Of a stretch of 64,000 nucleotides of DNA, positions 26,178 through 38,782 are shown piece after piece. Below the pieces are notes generated by a model. The model was not told the origin of the DNA, ran no database searches, and saw nothing but the letters and a program-made list of their open reading frames with translations. Made by a program: the position numbers and the translations under genes. Origin of the DNA: Octopus vulgaris. Its lineage: Eukaryota. Where the stretch lies: contig OX597818.1 in NCBI GenBank assembly GCA_951406725.2, positions 23,870,001 to 23,934,000 of the forward strand. Reading direction: 5' to 3'. Positions within the stretch are counted from its first letter, which is position 1. The number at the start of each line of letters is the position of its first letter.

Positions 26178-26490
26178 TTAGGGCAGCAGACTCGCAGTTT
26201 CAATTCCCAGACCAGAAGTTGTGAGTGTTTATTGAGCGAAAACACCTAAAAGCTCCATGAGGCTCCAGCAGAGGTTGGTGGCGAACCCTGCTGTACTTAT
26301 TCGCCACAACTTTCTCTCATTCTTTCTTTCTATTTCTGTTCATGCTGAATCTCTCCAAGAACTACATTAAGGGTACACATGTCTGTGGATTGCTCAGCCA
26401 CTTGCACATTAATTTCATAAGCAGGCTGTTCCATTGATCAGATTAACTGGAACCCTCATCATTGTAACCAATGGAGTGCCACGACAGAAA
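26178..26490 (+). mobile_element. tRNA-derived SINE (family D)
   Basis: ttagggcagcagactcgc...ttcccagacc...gtgagtgtttattgagcgaaaacacctaaaagctcca, shared with copies at 54387 and 55285. Confidence 0.7.
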
Positions 26491-27329
26491 CTGTATTGAT
26501 GGTTACTGTGGAGAGAAAAGTTGGAGTTCTCACTTGGGATTTAGGAAGTAAAGGCAGTGAGTGAATATTGTCATAGAGAAATTGCACTTCTTAGGAATGA
26601 AATACAGTGTTTGTGAATTCAGGTAGATCTCTAGAGAAAGAATAAGATTGATGAGTATAGACAATATAGGAGTTAGCTCAGGATTGTGTTACTTGGAGTA
26701 ACAGGAGTATCATCAACCTTATTAGGCTTGATTACTTGGGAAGTTTTATCACTTTGTGACTAAATACATGTAATGGTGATTTGTTGGAGCAAAAAGAACA
26801 ATTCAGGAGAGGTCATGTATTGGCATTGTGAAATTGGAAACAAAATAGGTAATAGATGCTACTGATTTTTCTGTTTATAAGCATTCTGGAGGATATATAT
26901 ACATACACACGCGCGCGCGCACGCACAATCAACATCGTCAGTTGACATGTTTTCCATGCTGGCATGGGTTGAACAGTTTGAATGGAGTTGATAAGCTGGA
27001 GGACTGCACCAGGCTCCAATTGTCTCTTTTGGCATGGTTTCTACAGCAAGATACCCTTTCCTAACACTCACCACTTTACAAAGTGTGCTGGGTGCTTTTT
27101 GTATGGAAGTGCTATTATGAAACATGAAAGAAAGAAGGTCTTTCCAATATGGACCCAACTACTCTAGTTGCAACAGTATGATTGATAAAACAATTGAGGA
27201 CATGAGGGCAGGGTAAGCCCCTGCTCCGTAACGAAACACTGCTAAAAATATCTGGCTGAGTAGGATACAGCCTGGTCACCCATATAATTAACCAGGTTAT
27301 ACAGGAAGATGTCACACACAGACTGGTGT

Positions 27330-28070
27330 AGCAGCTTTATAGTCTGTTGTTACAAAGGTAAAGGAGATGCTTTGCAGAAGTATGAAAGCTAAGAGTTATA
27401 GTCCAATTAATTAGGAACAGGATTAGGTTAGATGATATACAGTTTGGTTTTGTGCCAGGAATAAGTATAACTAATGCCATCTTCATAATTCATAAGAGAA
27501 GTATTTAGCAAAAAGTAAACCATTGCATCTGGCGATGGTCAACCCAAAGAAAGCCTTCAACAGTGTGCCTCATTCTATAATCCAGTGGTTTCTGAAGAAG
27601 CCAGAAATAAACAAATGGCTTATGAAAGCTACATAAGTCACGTACAGTGGTGCTGTCAGTAAGGTGAGTTAGCCGTGTACAGCAACAAATTTTAAATACA
27701 GGCTGAGGTTCAGTCCCCTCCTATTCATTGTTGTCGTCCAAGCTATAACAGACTGGCTATATGCTGATGACCTCATTCTCGTAGAATTTGTGGCAAAATT
27801 AGAAAAGAAATTCCAAGTGTGGAAGCAAAACTTGATATCTATGGGCTTAGTAAAGACCAAAGTTCAAACAAGGAGAAAAACCAACAGGATTCCGCCCCCA
27901 TCAAGTCAGTAGCCCTGCTCAATATGTAGAAAAGTTGTTAACAGGAATTCTATATGGTGCAAAATATGGACATGAGATGTAGTGTAATTACTGGAAGGTT
28001 TGTAGAGTAAGTAGTTTTTGTGTGTGGAAGATGTGCAGGAGCTATAAACACTGAGAACGCATAGGAAATA
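27330..28070 (+). mobile_element. Decayed RTE-type LINE reverse transcriptase fragment (intronic)
   Basis: IQFGFVPG..TNAIF, EKYLAKSKPLHLA..NPKKAFNSVP and LYADDLIL, broken by stops and frameshifts. Confidence 0.75.
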
Positions 28071-29689
28071 GATTTATACACACACACATATACCATCAAG
28101 CCTGTACTCTTGTTAGGTTCATTGGTCCAAGGAGCTTAGACTGAGGAGACACAAAATAAGCTCAAGACAGCACAATATCTCAAAGCCTCTTAACTCTTGT
28201 GAATCATGTGCATTATGAACATATATAATCTAAAGAGAGATATTCTTTGATGATAGAACATAACAGCAATCAGACAGCCACATTTGAATCTGCCAGAATA
28301 TATTGAGAAGGAATAGAGACACTGTTTTGTGTACATCTCATGAAATATATGTATAATTCAATAGATTAAGAACCTGGAAAGTTGCCACCCTTGGTACTAT
28401 GTTGAATTAGAAATATATATTTAAAAAGAATCAGTAATCAATATTGAAGTTAAATTATTAAATAGAAGTTTTGTATCTCAGCTCTTGCTGCCAAGATCTG
28501 GATGAATATTTCATCATTTAGGGATTTATGCCCATTTTCCTAAAACAAACTTATTGTGTTTGCAACAAGTGTGCCAATACAACACTTAGCTAATAATGGT
28601 TAACATTTTTCATCAATTCTTCAGCTTATGTCCTAGCTTCAAGACTTCTTTCAGTAACCAGATATTGTTTGCTATTTTCATTACATTCTGTTTTTCAATG
28701 TTTCTGAGGATAGATGTTTGGTTATGAAATCTTTTAACTAGCCCTTCTATCATACCAATATACCACTTTAAGTTATTGGTATAGTTTTGTGTCTAAAAAA
28801 TTGACTTCTGTCTTGTGTATAATGGCCTCTCTGTTGTAGGATCCATTGAGCAAAACATGCAGTATTGCACCTACATCAGTAATTGGTTTCAATGTGTGAG
28901 GTGGGCTTGTACATTCTAATTTGTTTCATGTTGAAAGTATAGTTAAAACTAACCCTAAGCATTCTCTTGTTGACCAATTCCTTGTATCTGTGGGTTATGA
29001 GGAAATACAAAGAAGGGAATGTGAATCTAAGAATGTTTTCTTTATTGAAAATCATCCTCAACAAGACCATAAAACTAGCTCTAAAACTGGCCTCAAGCAG
29101 CCACTTATTTTGTTGTAAATTACAAAAGAAAGGGGGAAATATCTAAAGTAAAGATATGACATTACTTCATTTTAAGTCTGGAGTTGAAGATGTATGTAAT
29201 ATTATCTTTGAAGGTACTGAAGGACCTCATTGTAATAAGGAGCTATCTAATAAGCAGCAGAGAACAGGCTTGAAAATCTAAATTTAACTTTTTAAAAATT
29301 GGTATTGGAGGGTATAAACCCAATTTATGAAGTCTCTTTTGTTAGACATTTTAAAGGGTTTGAGAAAACAGTACATCTAGTGAGGAAGCTTTAGATTATT
29401 AGTTCTGGGTGAGTGTAGAAAGAATTCGTCCAGATCTGGATGACATTTTTTTTTTCACTGATATGCAATGCTGAAAGTTATTATAACATGTTCTGTAATT
29501 GTGTGTGCATTTAAGTTCTTTAGTAATTTGCCTTCATATATGATTGTGTAACATATCATGATAGAAGAGCATCGTAGCATCAAGAATTTCTAAATTTGCT
29601 GTGATTCCATGTAAACAGTCAATGTTTTAAATTACTTGTAATTTCATTATTAGCTGTTTTTATGAATTATTGTATTGGTTTTATTACAG

Positions 29690-29807
29690 TCATCTTCACG
29701 AAGCTGCAGAAAATAATAATGTATATTTATTGGAGGCTTTGCTAAAACAATTGGATAAGTTGCAGTTTAAACAACATATCATTAACTTCAAAAACGATTA
29801 CCAACAG
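29690..29807 (+). CDS. Ankyrin gene coding exon 3 (HLHEAAENNNVYLLEALLKQLDKLQFKQHIINFKNDYQQ)
   Basis: ttattacag|T ... CAG|gtaaat; phase 2 in, phase 0 out; first ankyrin repeat. Confidence 0.9.
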
Positions 29808-30879
29808 GTAAATCTTTAATTATAATTTCCAATCCTCTTATGTTCCTCAAATGTAAGTGTAGATATATTGCAAATATTATTCTTTTAGATGCTATTAGTT
29901 TGTCTCTGAGTGTTAATATTTCTAACAATCCCAATATAAAATTATTTGCCATGGAAATGACCTCAATGTTGTTGTTTGACCTTATGTAGTACTTGTTTTA
30001 AAACAGTGAGGTGTGATTTGAGAAGTGAAGGCATGTGACCTAATGGTTAAGGAGTTGTACTCATGATCACAAGATTGGTTTTGATTCCTGGACTGGGTGG
30101 TGCATCAATGCCATGGAAACTGGGTAATTGGTCCTAAGAATCTTAGGACTGAAGACAGAAATCTCCAGGGTTTATGATAATGATGTGATTTGAGAGAGAT
30201 TTTGCTACTTTTCTTACAAGTTGAGTGAGCTTGTAATGGCACCCTTATTGATTCTTTCATATCTAATGTTTTAGTATGGTAAATTGGATTTGAAAATGGT
30301 AGTTTCAATTATAGCATTACTGACATTAACCCTTTTCCATTCAGATTATTCTGACAAATGTAATGCTTATTTATTCACATTGTTTTTTGAATTAATCATG
30401 TGTTATCTTGTAGCTAAGAGAATTTGATGATGTGATTGTTTATTTCTAGAACGACATTGTAGGGTAGATGTGAGAGATCAGGTCTGTCCTGTTTAAATAT
30501 AAAACAGGTAAATATTTTGGCCAGATATGATGTGAGAAGAGAAAAATGATTGCCTTATAAGCCATTGGGAGCATTACCTGTATATGGTATGTATTTATAG
30601 CTAGATAGACTCAGTAATTCAGAATTAAATATATGTTCTAAAGATACAGTTTAGTACTTGTCATACTCATACCAATTATTAATGTATTATCTGAGAAATG
30701 TACAACATGCCAATTCAGCTGGCTGTAATTCTACAAAGTAATCCTATCAAAATATTGCTTAGCGCTTTTAATGAAAGATGTATTATATCATGACTGCACT
30801 TTAAATAAATATATTTGTCTGCTACCTTAAAAGTTTTAAGGTTTACAGTTTATATAACTATATCAGTTAGTTATCTTTT

Positions 30880-31310
30880 ACTTGTTTCAGTCATTGAACT
30901 GTGTGTGGCCATATTGGAGGCACCACTTTGAAGGCTTTATTTGAACAAAGCAACCCTAGTGCTAATCTTTTGAATCTGGTACTTCTATCAGCCTCCTTTG
31001 CTGAACCACTAAGTTACAGGGGATGTAAATAAACCAACACCAGTTTTCATGCAAGATGGGTGGGAGCAAACACAAAGACACATACACATGTAAACATATA
31101 CATATATATATATCTGTTTGTCCCACCCATACCAGCATGGAAGGCAGACATTGAATGATGATGATGATGTGTGTGTGTGTGCACCTTGGGCTTCCACACA
31201 GTTTCACAAGGTATAGGGTCAGCCCAAGGCTGTAATAGAAGACACTTGCCCAACATGCCATGCAGTGGGGCTGAACCAGAAACCTCATGGTTAGAAAGTG
31301 AGCTTAGCTG
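30880..31310 (-). mobile_element. SINE family B (decayed, intronic)
   Basis: Family B head and tail in reverse orientation. Confidence 0.65.
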
Positions 31311-31672
31311 CATCTAATTGAATTTTTTTTAAATTACATTGTATTTTCACTTTCCCATGCTAGCCTGAGTGGGGTATTTTTATTTTTGTGGGAAAAAATC
31401 TTTTTTGCAGATAGATGTCCTGGAGATCAAGTAAATTGGATTGTATCAAGTAGCATGTGTTTTACACAAGAACATAATATAATAGCTGTAATAAGAATTG
31501 GACTTAGGATTATGTGATCAGTAGTGTGAGTCTTAACCCCAACAATTGTTGTTCTTGTCTAGAATATTTATCTAGATATTGGTAATGTTATCAAATTATA
31601 TTGTTTCAATGCAACCAAACTGTAATACTACACTTGACATCTTGTAACATCTGACTTATTTCACTGTTTCAG

Positions 31673-31762
31673 ACTGCACTTCATTTGGCTGTGATAAAAA
31701 ATTTTCCAAGTATGGTTCATATTTTAATAAATCACGGAGCTGACGTCAACATATTAGCAAAA
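31673..31762 (+). CDS. Ankyrin gene coding exon 4 (TALHLAVIKNFPSMVHILINHGADVNILAK)
   Basis: tgtttcag|ACT ... AAA|gtaaaa; canonical ankyrin consensus. Confidence 0.92.
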
Positions 31763-32462
31763 GTAAAAATCTAACTTTCAATTCCTAAAATGAATTTACA
31801 TTATCCATAAAAATCAGTGTTTTTCTTACCATAAGGAGATATGCAAAATATTTCTCTTCAGTATTTTACTAAATAATAATACCATATTGATTTCCTAACA
31901 CTGGTATAATGTTTCAGATTTATCAAATATTAAAATAGTGTTGATGGAAATTCAAAAGTTGAATCATGTATTTAAATTAGACTATATGAGTCTATAAGAA
32001 TCTACTTCTTTTCTGTGATATCCTAGACTAATTCTTTATTAAAGTGAAAAAAGGGAAGATTCAGATATTCATTTAAAATAAACTTACATTCTTTTCTATT
32101 TGCCACCTATTTATTCATAATCATGTGGGTGATATAGATTATACAAATTTAGATATATACATACCGTTGTATATATTGTTTTTCTTTTCTTTCTTTATAA
32201 CATTTCTTTGTTATTAGTAACCACTCAAATGTGAAGTGAAATCAGGAAAACTGAGTCATGCAGTGTTATGTGCTTTGCTCTGAGTACAAAACAGTAGATG
32301 TTGTCAATAGTTTACTACTACAGATATTGTGCCTTGTGTCATATTTTGTAGATATTTTTAATAATTACATCCTATTGGTATAAATTCATCCACCAAATAT
32401 TTTTTCTTTCATATCCATAAATACTTTCTCCATATTTTCTTACTTTCTATAATTTTTTTCAG

Positions 32463-32589
32463 AGCTGTCAGGAAGACAGTTCAAAATTTGAAGCCCCTCT
32501 CCATCTGGCTGCCTCTAGACTAAAAAGAATATTAGTGAAAGAACTTTTAACAGCCAAAGACATTGATTTAGATATCAAGAACTCAGATG
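32463..32589 (+). CDS. Ankyrin gene coding exon 5 (SCQEDSSKFEAPLHLAASRLKRILVKELLTAKDIDLDIKNSD)
   Basis: tttttttcag|AGC ... GATG|gtaatg; phase 0 in, phase 1 out. Confidence 0.9.
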
Positions 32590-33479
32590 GTAATGGAAAC
32601 TTTGTTTATTTTTTTTTTTTTTTTCATTTTCGTCTTCAATTCCTTATTCAAATTTGATTTCAGTTTAATATTTTCATATGTAGGTGATATCTATCATCAA
32701 TTTTTCTCTGATCATATTTTCCCATGCAATCATGTATTGAACATTACAACTTTCCATGCATCTCAGCTCTATGTCATTTCAAATGTGATACTTAATTTTC
32801 TCAAAGATGAAATATTTCTTTGAGTAGGCACAAGTATGACTGTGATAAGAAGTTCAATCCCCACTGTGGCATCTTGGACAAGTATTGCCTGCATCTGTGT
32901 GGCATCTTGGACAAGTATTGCCTGCATCTGTGTGGTGTGGCATCTTGCATCTTGGACAAGTATTGCCTGCCATAACTTCAGGCTGACCAAAGCCTTGTGA
33001 GTGGATTTAGTAGATGGAAACTGAAACAAGTTTGTTGTACATATACATGCATGTGTGTTTGTGTGTCTCTGTTTTGACAGCATGTGATAGTTGCAAATGA
33101 GTGTCATGGTCATAGAACCAGTCTCATTTGTTTCCAGTATTCTGCAATGGGGAAACAGGTGAAAGTTAGTGACAAGAAAGTCAAATTTTCCTTAATTGAT
33201 CATAAGTGACTGATTTCTTTACATTAACTACCTGTATTTCACTGTCATGCAACATTATGATTCTTAGAATATACTTGTACCTCTCTTTCATGTAACAGCA
33301 AGGAACCCTTTTGATTCAAGAGATAATAATCCTCAAATTTACTTCTACCATCTCAAAAATTAGTCGTTTTGATATCATAACTTGCTTCATATCACTTAAA
33401 TAGCAAAACCTATATACCACTCTCAGTTTGTCATCCATTGCTACTTTAGCTACTAGTTACTTCAGCACTTCTGCTATGT

Positions 33480-34105
33480 ATAAGGGGGTACCCAAAAGAA
33501 CCAGAAACATTTTTTGTGGGACAAGCCCATTGTAGTTTAGGCTTCTGCTGCTGGAACCCACTTGATACAACCTTCAGGCATCAGTCTGCTGACTGGCAGT
33601 GTTGGGTGTGGTCATACTGCCACATGGCGTGTCTTTGTTTTGCAGCGCTTCTTCCCTGTTTGTCAATTTCTGTGATGGCTAAAATGAAAGAACAGTGTGC
33701 TTCCGTAAAATTCTGTTTTCTGCTGGGGAAAATTGAGGCCAAAACAGTTGTCCTGCTTCAGATAGCTTGCAAGGCCGCTGCCATGAACAAAACACAAGTT
33801 TACAAGTGATTTTCATGCTTTAGGAATGATTACTTGTTTGAGGACTAACCTCATTCAGGGCAACCGTAAACCTCCTGAACAAATGGAAACATGAAAATTC
33901 ATGAACTGATCTTAGAGGACTGTCACTGAACAATTAACAAACTTGTTGATATGATTGGAGTTTCCTGGAGCTCCTGCCAATGAATTTTGAGTGAGGAATT
34001 GTGAATGAAAAGAGTTGCAGCAAAATTTGTCTTGCTTGTTCATGGAAGATCAAAAGCACTCACAACTGAATGTACATCGTGAACAGAAAGAACAGTTGCA
34101 AATGT
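33480..34105 (+). mobile_element. Mariner-family transposon 5' fragment (intronic)
   Basis: MAKMKEQCASVKFCFLLGK...MNKTQVYK*F, HTH region with stops. Confidence 0.75.
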
Positions 34106-34619
34106 ATAATTTTTTTTTGACTAAGTTTTTTCCTCCATTACTTAGCCCGTCTGTAATGCTTTCATGAGATTAAAGAGAAAGGTGAAGAGCAAGAGAAAAA
34201 GGAGAGACAAAAAGAGAGTAAGGCAAAGAGGGAGAGTACTGTGTATTAGGTCTATAAAATTGTGCATAAATTATATAAAGCATATATATGAAGTGCATTA
34301 AGTAATCATCATATTCCAATTTCCTTCACTATTCAATGAGTAGCAGCTGAGTCACTATCTTTTTATACAGATACAACACAGGCTACACGTTCAAATTTTC
34401 TGGTTAAACTTTTCAGAAATGACCCAATAAGTTTACCAATTATTCTGAGAATATATTCATGGGTCCTGCTAGTTAAGAATGGAGCTGCTTTTTAGCTTGA
34501 TGTTCCTGATAGAGGTTTGTTTTTCTTTTTAATAAAAGGTAAATTACATCATGTATCCATTGTACTTTTGGCTTGACCATCTTAATTTTGATTTTATGTA
34601 TGATATATTTTACTTACAG

Positions 34620-34726
34620 GTCAGACTGCACTTCATTGTGCTGTTCAAGCTCCTCATCCAGCTGGGACAGACAAGACTTTCATAATCAAAAAACTCATTC
34701 AAATGAAAGCAAATCCATCATGTAAG
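34620..34726 (+). CDS. Ankyrin gene coding exon 6 (GQTALHCAVQAPHPAGTDKTFIIKKLIQMKANPSCK)
   Basis: tacttacag|GT ... AAG|gtacag; phase 1 in, phase 0 out. Confidence 0.9.
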
Positions 34727-34919
34727 GTACAGATATATCTTTAATATTTTGTATTTCTTTTAACTGTTGAAATTAGGTATAAACCATTGCAACATTCAAA
34801 CAAAATGCTAATCTGGAATTTAAAAAAAAAAAAGGTTTTCCTATAAATTTTCTTTTTTTCCTTTTAAACAGTTTTCTATGCTGATATGGATAATATGATA
34901 TTAGGAAATATAAACATTT

Positions 34920-35114
34920 TGCGAGTGCAGCTGTGTGATAAGAAACTTGCTTTCCAATCACATGGTTCCGAGTTCAGTCCCAATGTGTGACACCTTTACC
35001 AAATGTCTTGTACTATAGCCTCAGGCTGACGAAAGCCTTATGAGTGCATTTGGTAGATAGAAACTGAAAAAAGCCCATCATATTCTCATTTGTATGTGTG
35101 TATGTATGTATGTA

Positions 35115-35160
<46 letters not shown>

Positions 35161-35340
35161 TTCACGTGTGTGTGTGTCATTGTGTTTACGTCCTCATAAC
35201 TTAGCAGTTTACCAAAGGAGACTGATAGAATAAATACTAAGCTTTACAAAAAAATAAGTACTGGGATCAATTGATTTGACTAAAAATTCTTCAAACCAGT
35301 GCCCAGCATGGCTGCAGTCTTATGACTGAAACAAGTAAAA
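34920..35340 (+). mobile_element. SINE family B (intronic)
   Basis: Head ggttccgagttcagtccca, central microsatellite, tail gactgaaacaagtaaaa. Confidence 0.75.
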
Positions 35341-36033
35341 AATAATGATTTGTATCTTAGAGCAAATATTTGTACAAGTGAATTACCTTCCCATTATTCA
35401 ACTGTAGTAAAAGAGGAGAGGAACTTTTCAGCTAAACTGAAACTAGTATAGCTCTTTATTTAGAGAAACAACATAAAAAAGAGTAAGAATTGAAACTCAT
35501 TATGACCATATGAACAGTAATTCAGCATTTTAATTTCACAATTCTACATATGGTGCTGAATTCCATTATGCTCAAATAAACTTTGCCCCAATTATGTTTA
35601 TTGCAATTAAATTTTTTTTTTTTTAAATCCTGTTCTTTAACATGAATGGTTGGATTAAAATTCAACTCATCAAATTAATAAAACATACTGGTTAGTGAGC
35701 TCATGCTATTTATAGTTATGAGCTGTACCATTCCATATTTACTGCTAGCGTAAGTCTAGCATTTAGTCATACACTAATTACAGTATAGCTCACTGGTTAC
35801 AAATGTTTACCATTCAGTTGGAAATTCATTCAACTCCATTACTGCATAACCGTAACAAATAACTTCATTTTGTGAACGTATAAAGTATATAAACTAAAGC
35901 ATTAATGTGGGGAGTGATTTCAACAAGAAATTAGGGTGACATTTAGTCTAATGGTAAAATTAATTACTTTAATCCAACTGAATGGTAAACATTTGTAACC
36001 AGTGAGCTATACTGTAATTAGTGTATGACTAAA

Positions 36034-36265
36034 GGCGGTGAGCTGGCAGAAACGTTAGCATGCCGGGCAAAATGCATAGCCATATTTTGTCTGTCGTTAT
36101 GTTCTGAGTTCAAATTCCGCCAAGGTCGACTTTGCTTTCATCCTTTCGGGGGTCGATAAAATTAAGTACCAGTTATGCACTGGGGTCGATGCAATCAACT
36201 TAATCCGCTTGTCTGTCCTTGTTTGTCCCCTCTGTGTTTAGCCCCTTGTGGGTAGTAAAGAACTA
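36034..36265 (+). mobile_element. SINE family C with a 21-bp target-site duplication
   Basis: ggcggtgagctggcagaaacgttagca...gagttcaaattccgcc (A and B boxes). TSD ggtaaaattaattactttaat at 35953-35973 and 36266-36286. Partial sister at ~47980-48167. Confidence 0.8.
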
Positions 36266-36630
36266 GGTAAAATTAATTACTTTAATAGCTAAACAATATA
36301 AAAGATGAAAACACTATTAATTTTATAACAATGTAATTACAAGTTAACCATTTCAGGATCCTATTTGTACTAATTTAGAAAGAATCAAGAATTCAATTGT
36401 GTTTAGTGAAATAATATTACCTGTAGTATCATAGGTAACTTTGGAAGTATATGTTATCAAATTTCTTAGTGCTTATACAAAATGAAAGAAATACTAATTT
36501 TTATATATAGGGCTTTGTGATGTCTTGGTCAATTTGTACTCAAGCTATTCTAAGATCCATGAGATCTGTTCACTCTCAGCTGGAAAGGAATTCATTTAAA
36601 TCTTCTCATCATCTTCTGTTCTTTTTCCAG

Positions 36631-36880
36631 GATAAAGAACAAGGCAAGAATATTTTGATGTATGCCATAGAATTTTCTGATTTTGAAGTCATTAGTATTA
36701 TTCTGAAGACTGCATCATGGGAACATATTAAAAAAATGTTGACAGATAAATCTGACAAAGGAGAGACCTGCTTGACTCTTGTAAATGATTTTGATAAAGA
36801 TCATGAATTATTTTCCAAACGATGCAAATTGGTACAAACCTTGCAAGACTACCACAATAAGGTAGTTAGAGAACTACAAG
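36631..36880 (+). CDS. Ankyrin gene coding exon 7 (DKEQGKNILMYAI...DKGETCLTLV...VVRELQ)
   Basis: ctttttccag|GAT; degenerate ankyrin repeats; donor CAAG|gtaaat after 36880. Read-through instead gives GK and a stop at 36888. Confidence 0.85.
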
Positions 36881-38051
36881 GTAAATAACAGTTTCATATT
36901 GTCATTGTTTCCTATAAGAACAGAAGTACATTTACAAATAAGATAGTGAATAAACAGAATCATCTGAAACAAAGATTATACAGAGTAAGCAAAAAATGCA
37001 GCAATGACCCCAAAAAGGTACATCCTCAAATACCTTATGCACCTTGTATGTAATATATATATATATATATATATACATACACATACCTTATGCACCTTGT
37101 ATGTATTTTATATATATATATATATGGCAAAAACACATGGAACAATGTAGTCCTTCATATAAAAAAAACTGGATGGTTACAAGAGGATTATATATTGCAG
37201 CACTGTTGTTAGACTATGCACCTTCACAACAGTAGAGATTTGAAGCAACCATATTAACAGCTTAACATTAACACAAGTAAATTTCATTATTGGACTACAG
37301 TTTCTACATGTTCAGTCTAGCTCAGGGCTACACAACATTTTTTCACTTGCAGTACACTTATATTCTTTTCAAAATTGGTGACACACCTGAACTAAAAATA
37401 TAACTAAAAGTATAGGGGAAAAAATTATATTCAGGTTACACTGTGACACACCAGTGTACCACAGCACACTGGTCTAGCCTTCTTTTAACTTTGTTTTAAT
37501 CTCATTAACATTGAATTAATTGGCGAGTATAATTTGAATCCCTCTTAATTGCTCACATGAAATATATGGTAATTGAGGATACCAGCAATGAAACTATTCC
37601 AAGAGCTTGCTGTTGGCAGGTAACTTGATACAAATTTATGTTAGCTAATGCAAAATGGCACACATTGTAACATGACATGCCAACTGAAATGAGTCTATAG
37701 AGTCAGCAGACAATGCAATTAAAAATTTATCAGACATCAAGGAAATTTAATTGAAACAGGTTATGAAAGTTGAGGAGAAAAATGACAGTATAAAGGAAGT
37801 AAAATATTCAACCAAAAGTGGGAACAATCAACTGGAATTATTCAATTTCTCTACAGTTTCATGTTTTAAATTGCACTTTACTTACATCTGTAGACATTAT
37901 GGTCTATTTCAAGTAAAGGTAAGCATTTCAATGTATATATAACTGTTATATTGTATGTTCAGAAACAGATACTTTTTTTTATTATTTAGAATAAAATGTC
38001 CTTACAAGCATTTTCAATATTCTAAATCTTAAACTTTCTTTATATTTACAG

Positions 38052-38101
38052 ATATACAACCACATCCGTTATTGGAAAACGATACATTCAAACATGAGTG
38101 A
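38052..38101 (+). CDS. Ankyrin gene probable terminal coding exon 8 (DIQPHPLLENDTFKHE*)
   Basis: Pyrimidine-rich acceptor tttctttatatttacag|AT, phase 1 matching exon 7. TGA at 38099-38101; AATAAA at 38386 and further downstream. Confidence 0.6.
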
Positions 38102-38782
38102 GGATATATAACTTTTATATCCAGCAAGTTTTCCTGAAAGGATTAGCAACATAAGCCAAATGATTATAAACTAGATCATGTGTTTACTTTTGCTATCACA
38201 CAAGAGAAAGTAATGATCAAAAAACTTTTAAAGTGAGGATTCTACTATTAGGCTTGAAGATGTAATATCTTTGTATTTAGGTTTCTAATCTGAATAACTT
38301 TTATTTTATTTTTTTATCGAAAAAAAAATTAATTTTTACTCCCCAGATCAGATCCATGTTAACTCATAAGAGAATGTATTCTCTAAATAAATCATACCCT
38401 AGATTTTGGAAAATTTTCACAGAACAAGAGAACCCAACTTTACTGTACAACAACAGAGTGCAAGACTAAATGTTGTTAGGATATTACTTTTCAAGAAAAA
38501 TGTATAGAAACAATAATTGCCTCATGATCAAAAACGTGATTTCATAAACCAACACAATGGGATACCCTTCAGCTACATTGGAAGGGAGCATTTGTGCATA
38601 GGGTTATTCTGAACTGCTTAAGTGCTTCAAATGTAACATATCATTGTAATAACACACCTAAATAAATGTCAAATAAGCTGATGATAAATTGATTTCAATT
38701 CTTAAATTGAATAAAATATTAAATATTTCTCTGATTGTTCCCAAATTTTTATGATTTTACATGCAAAAAAATATTGTTTACT

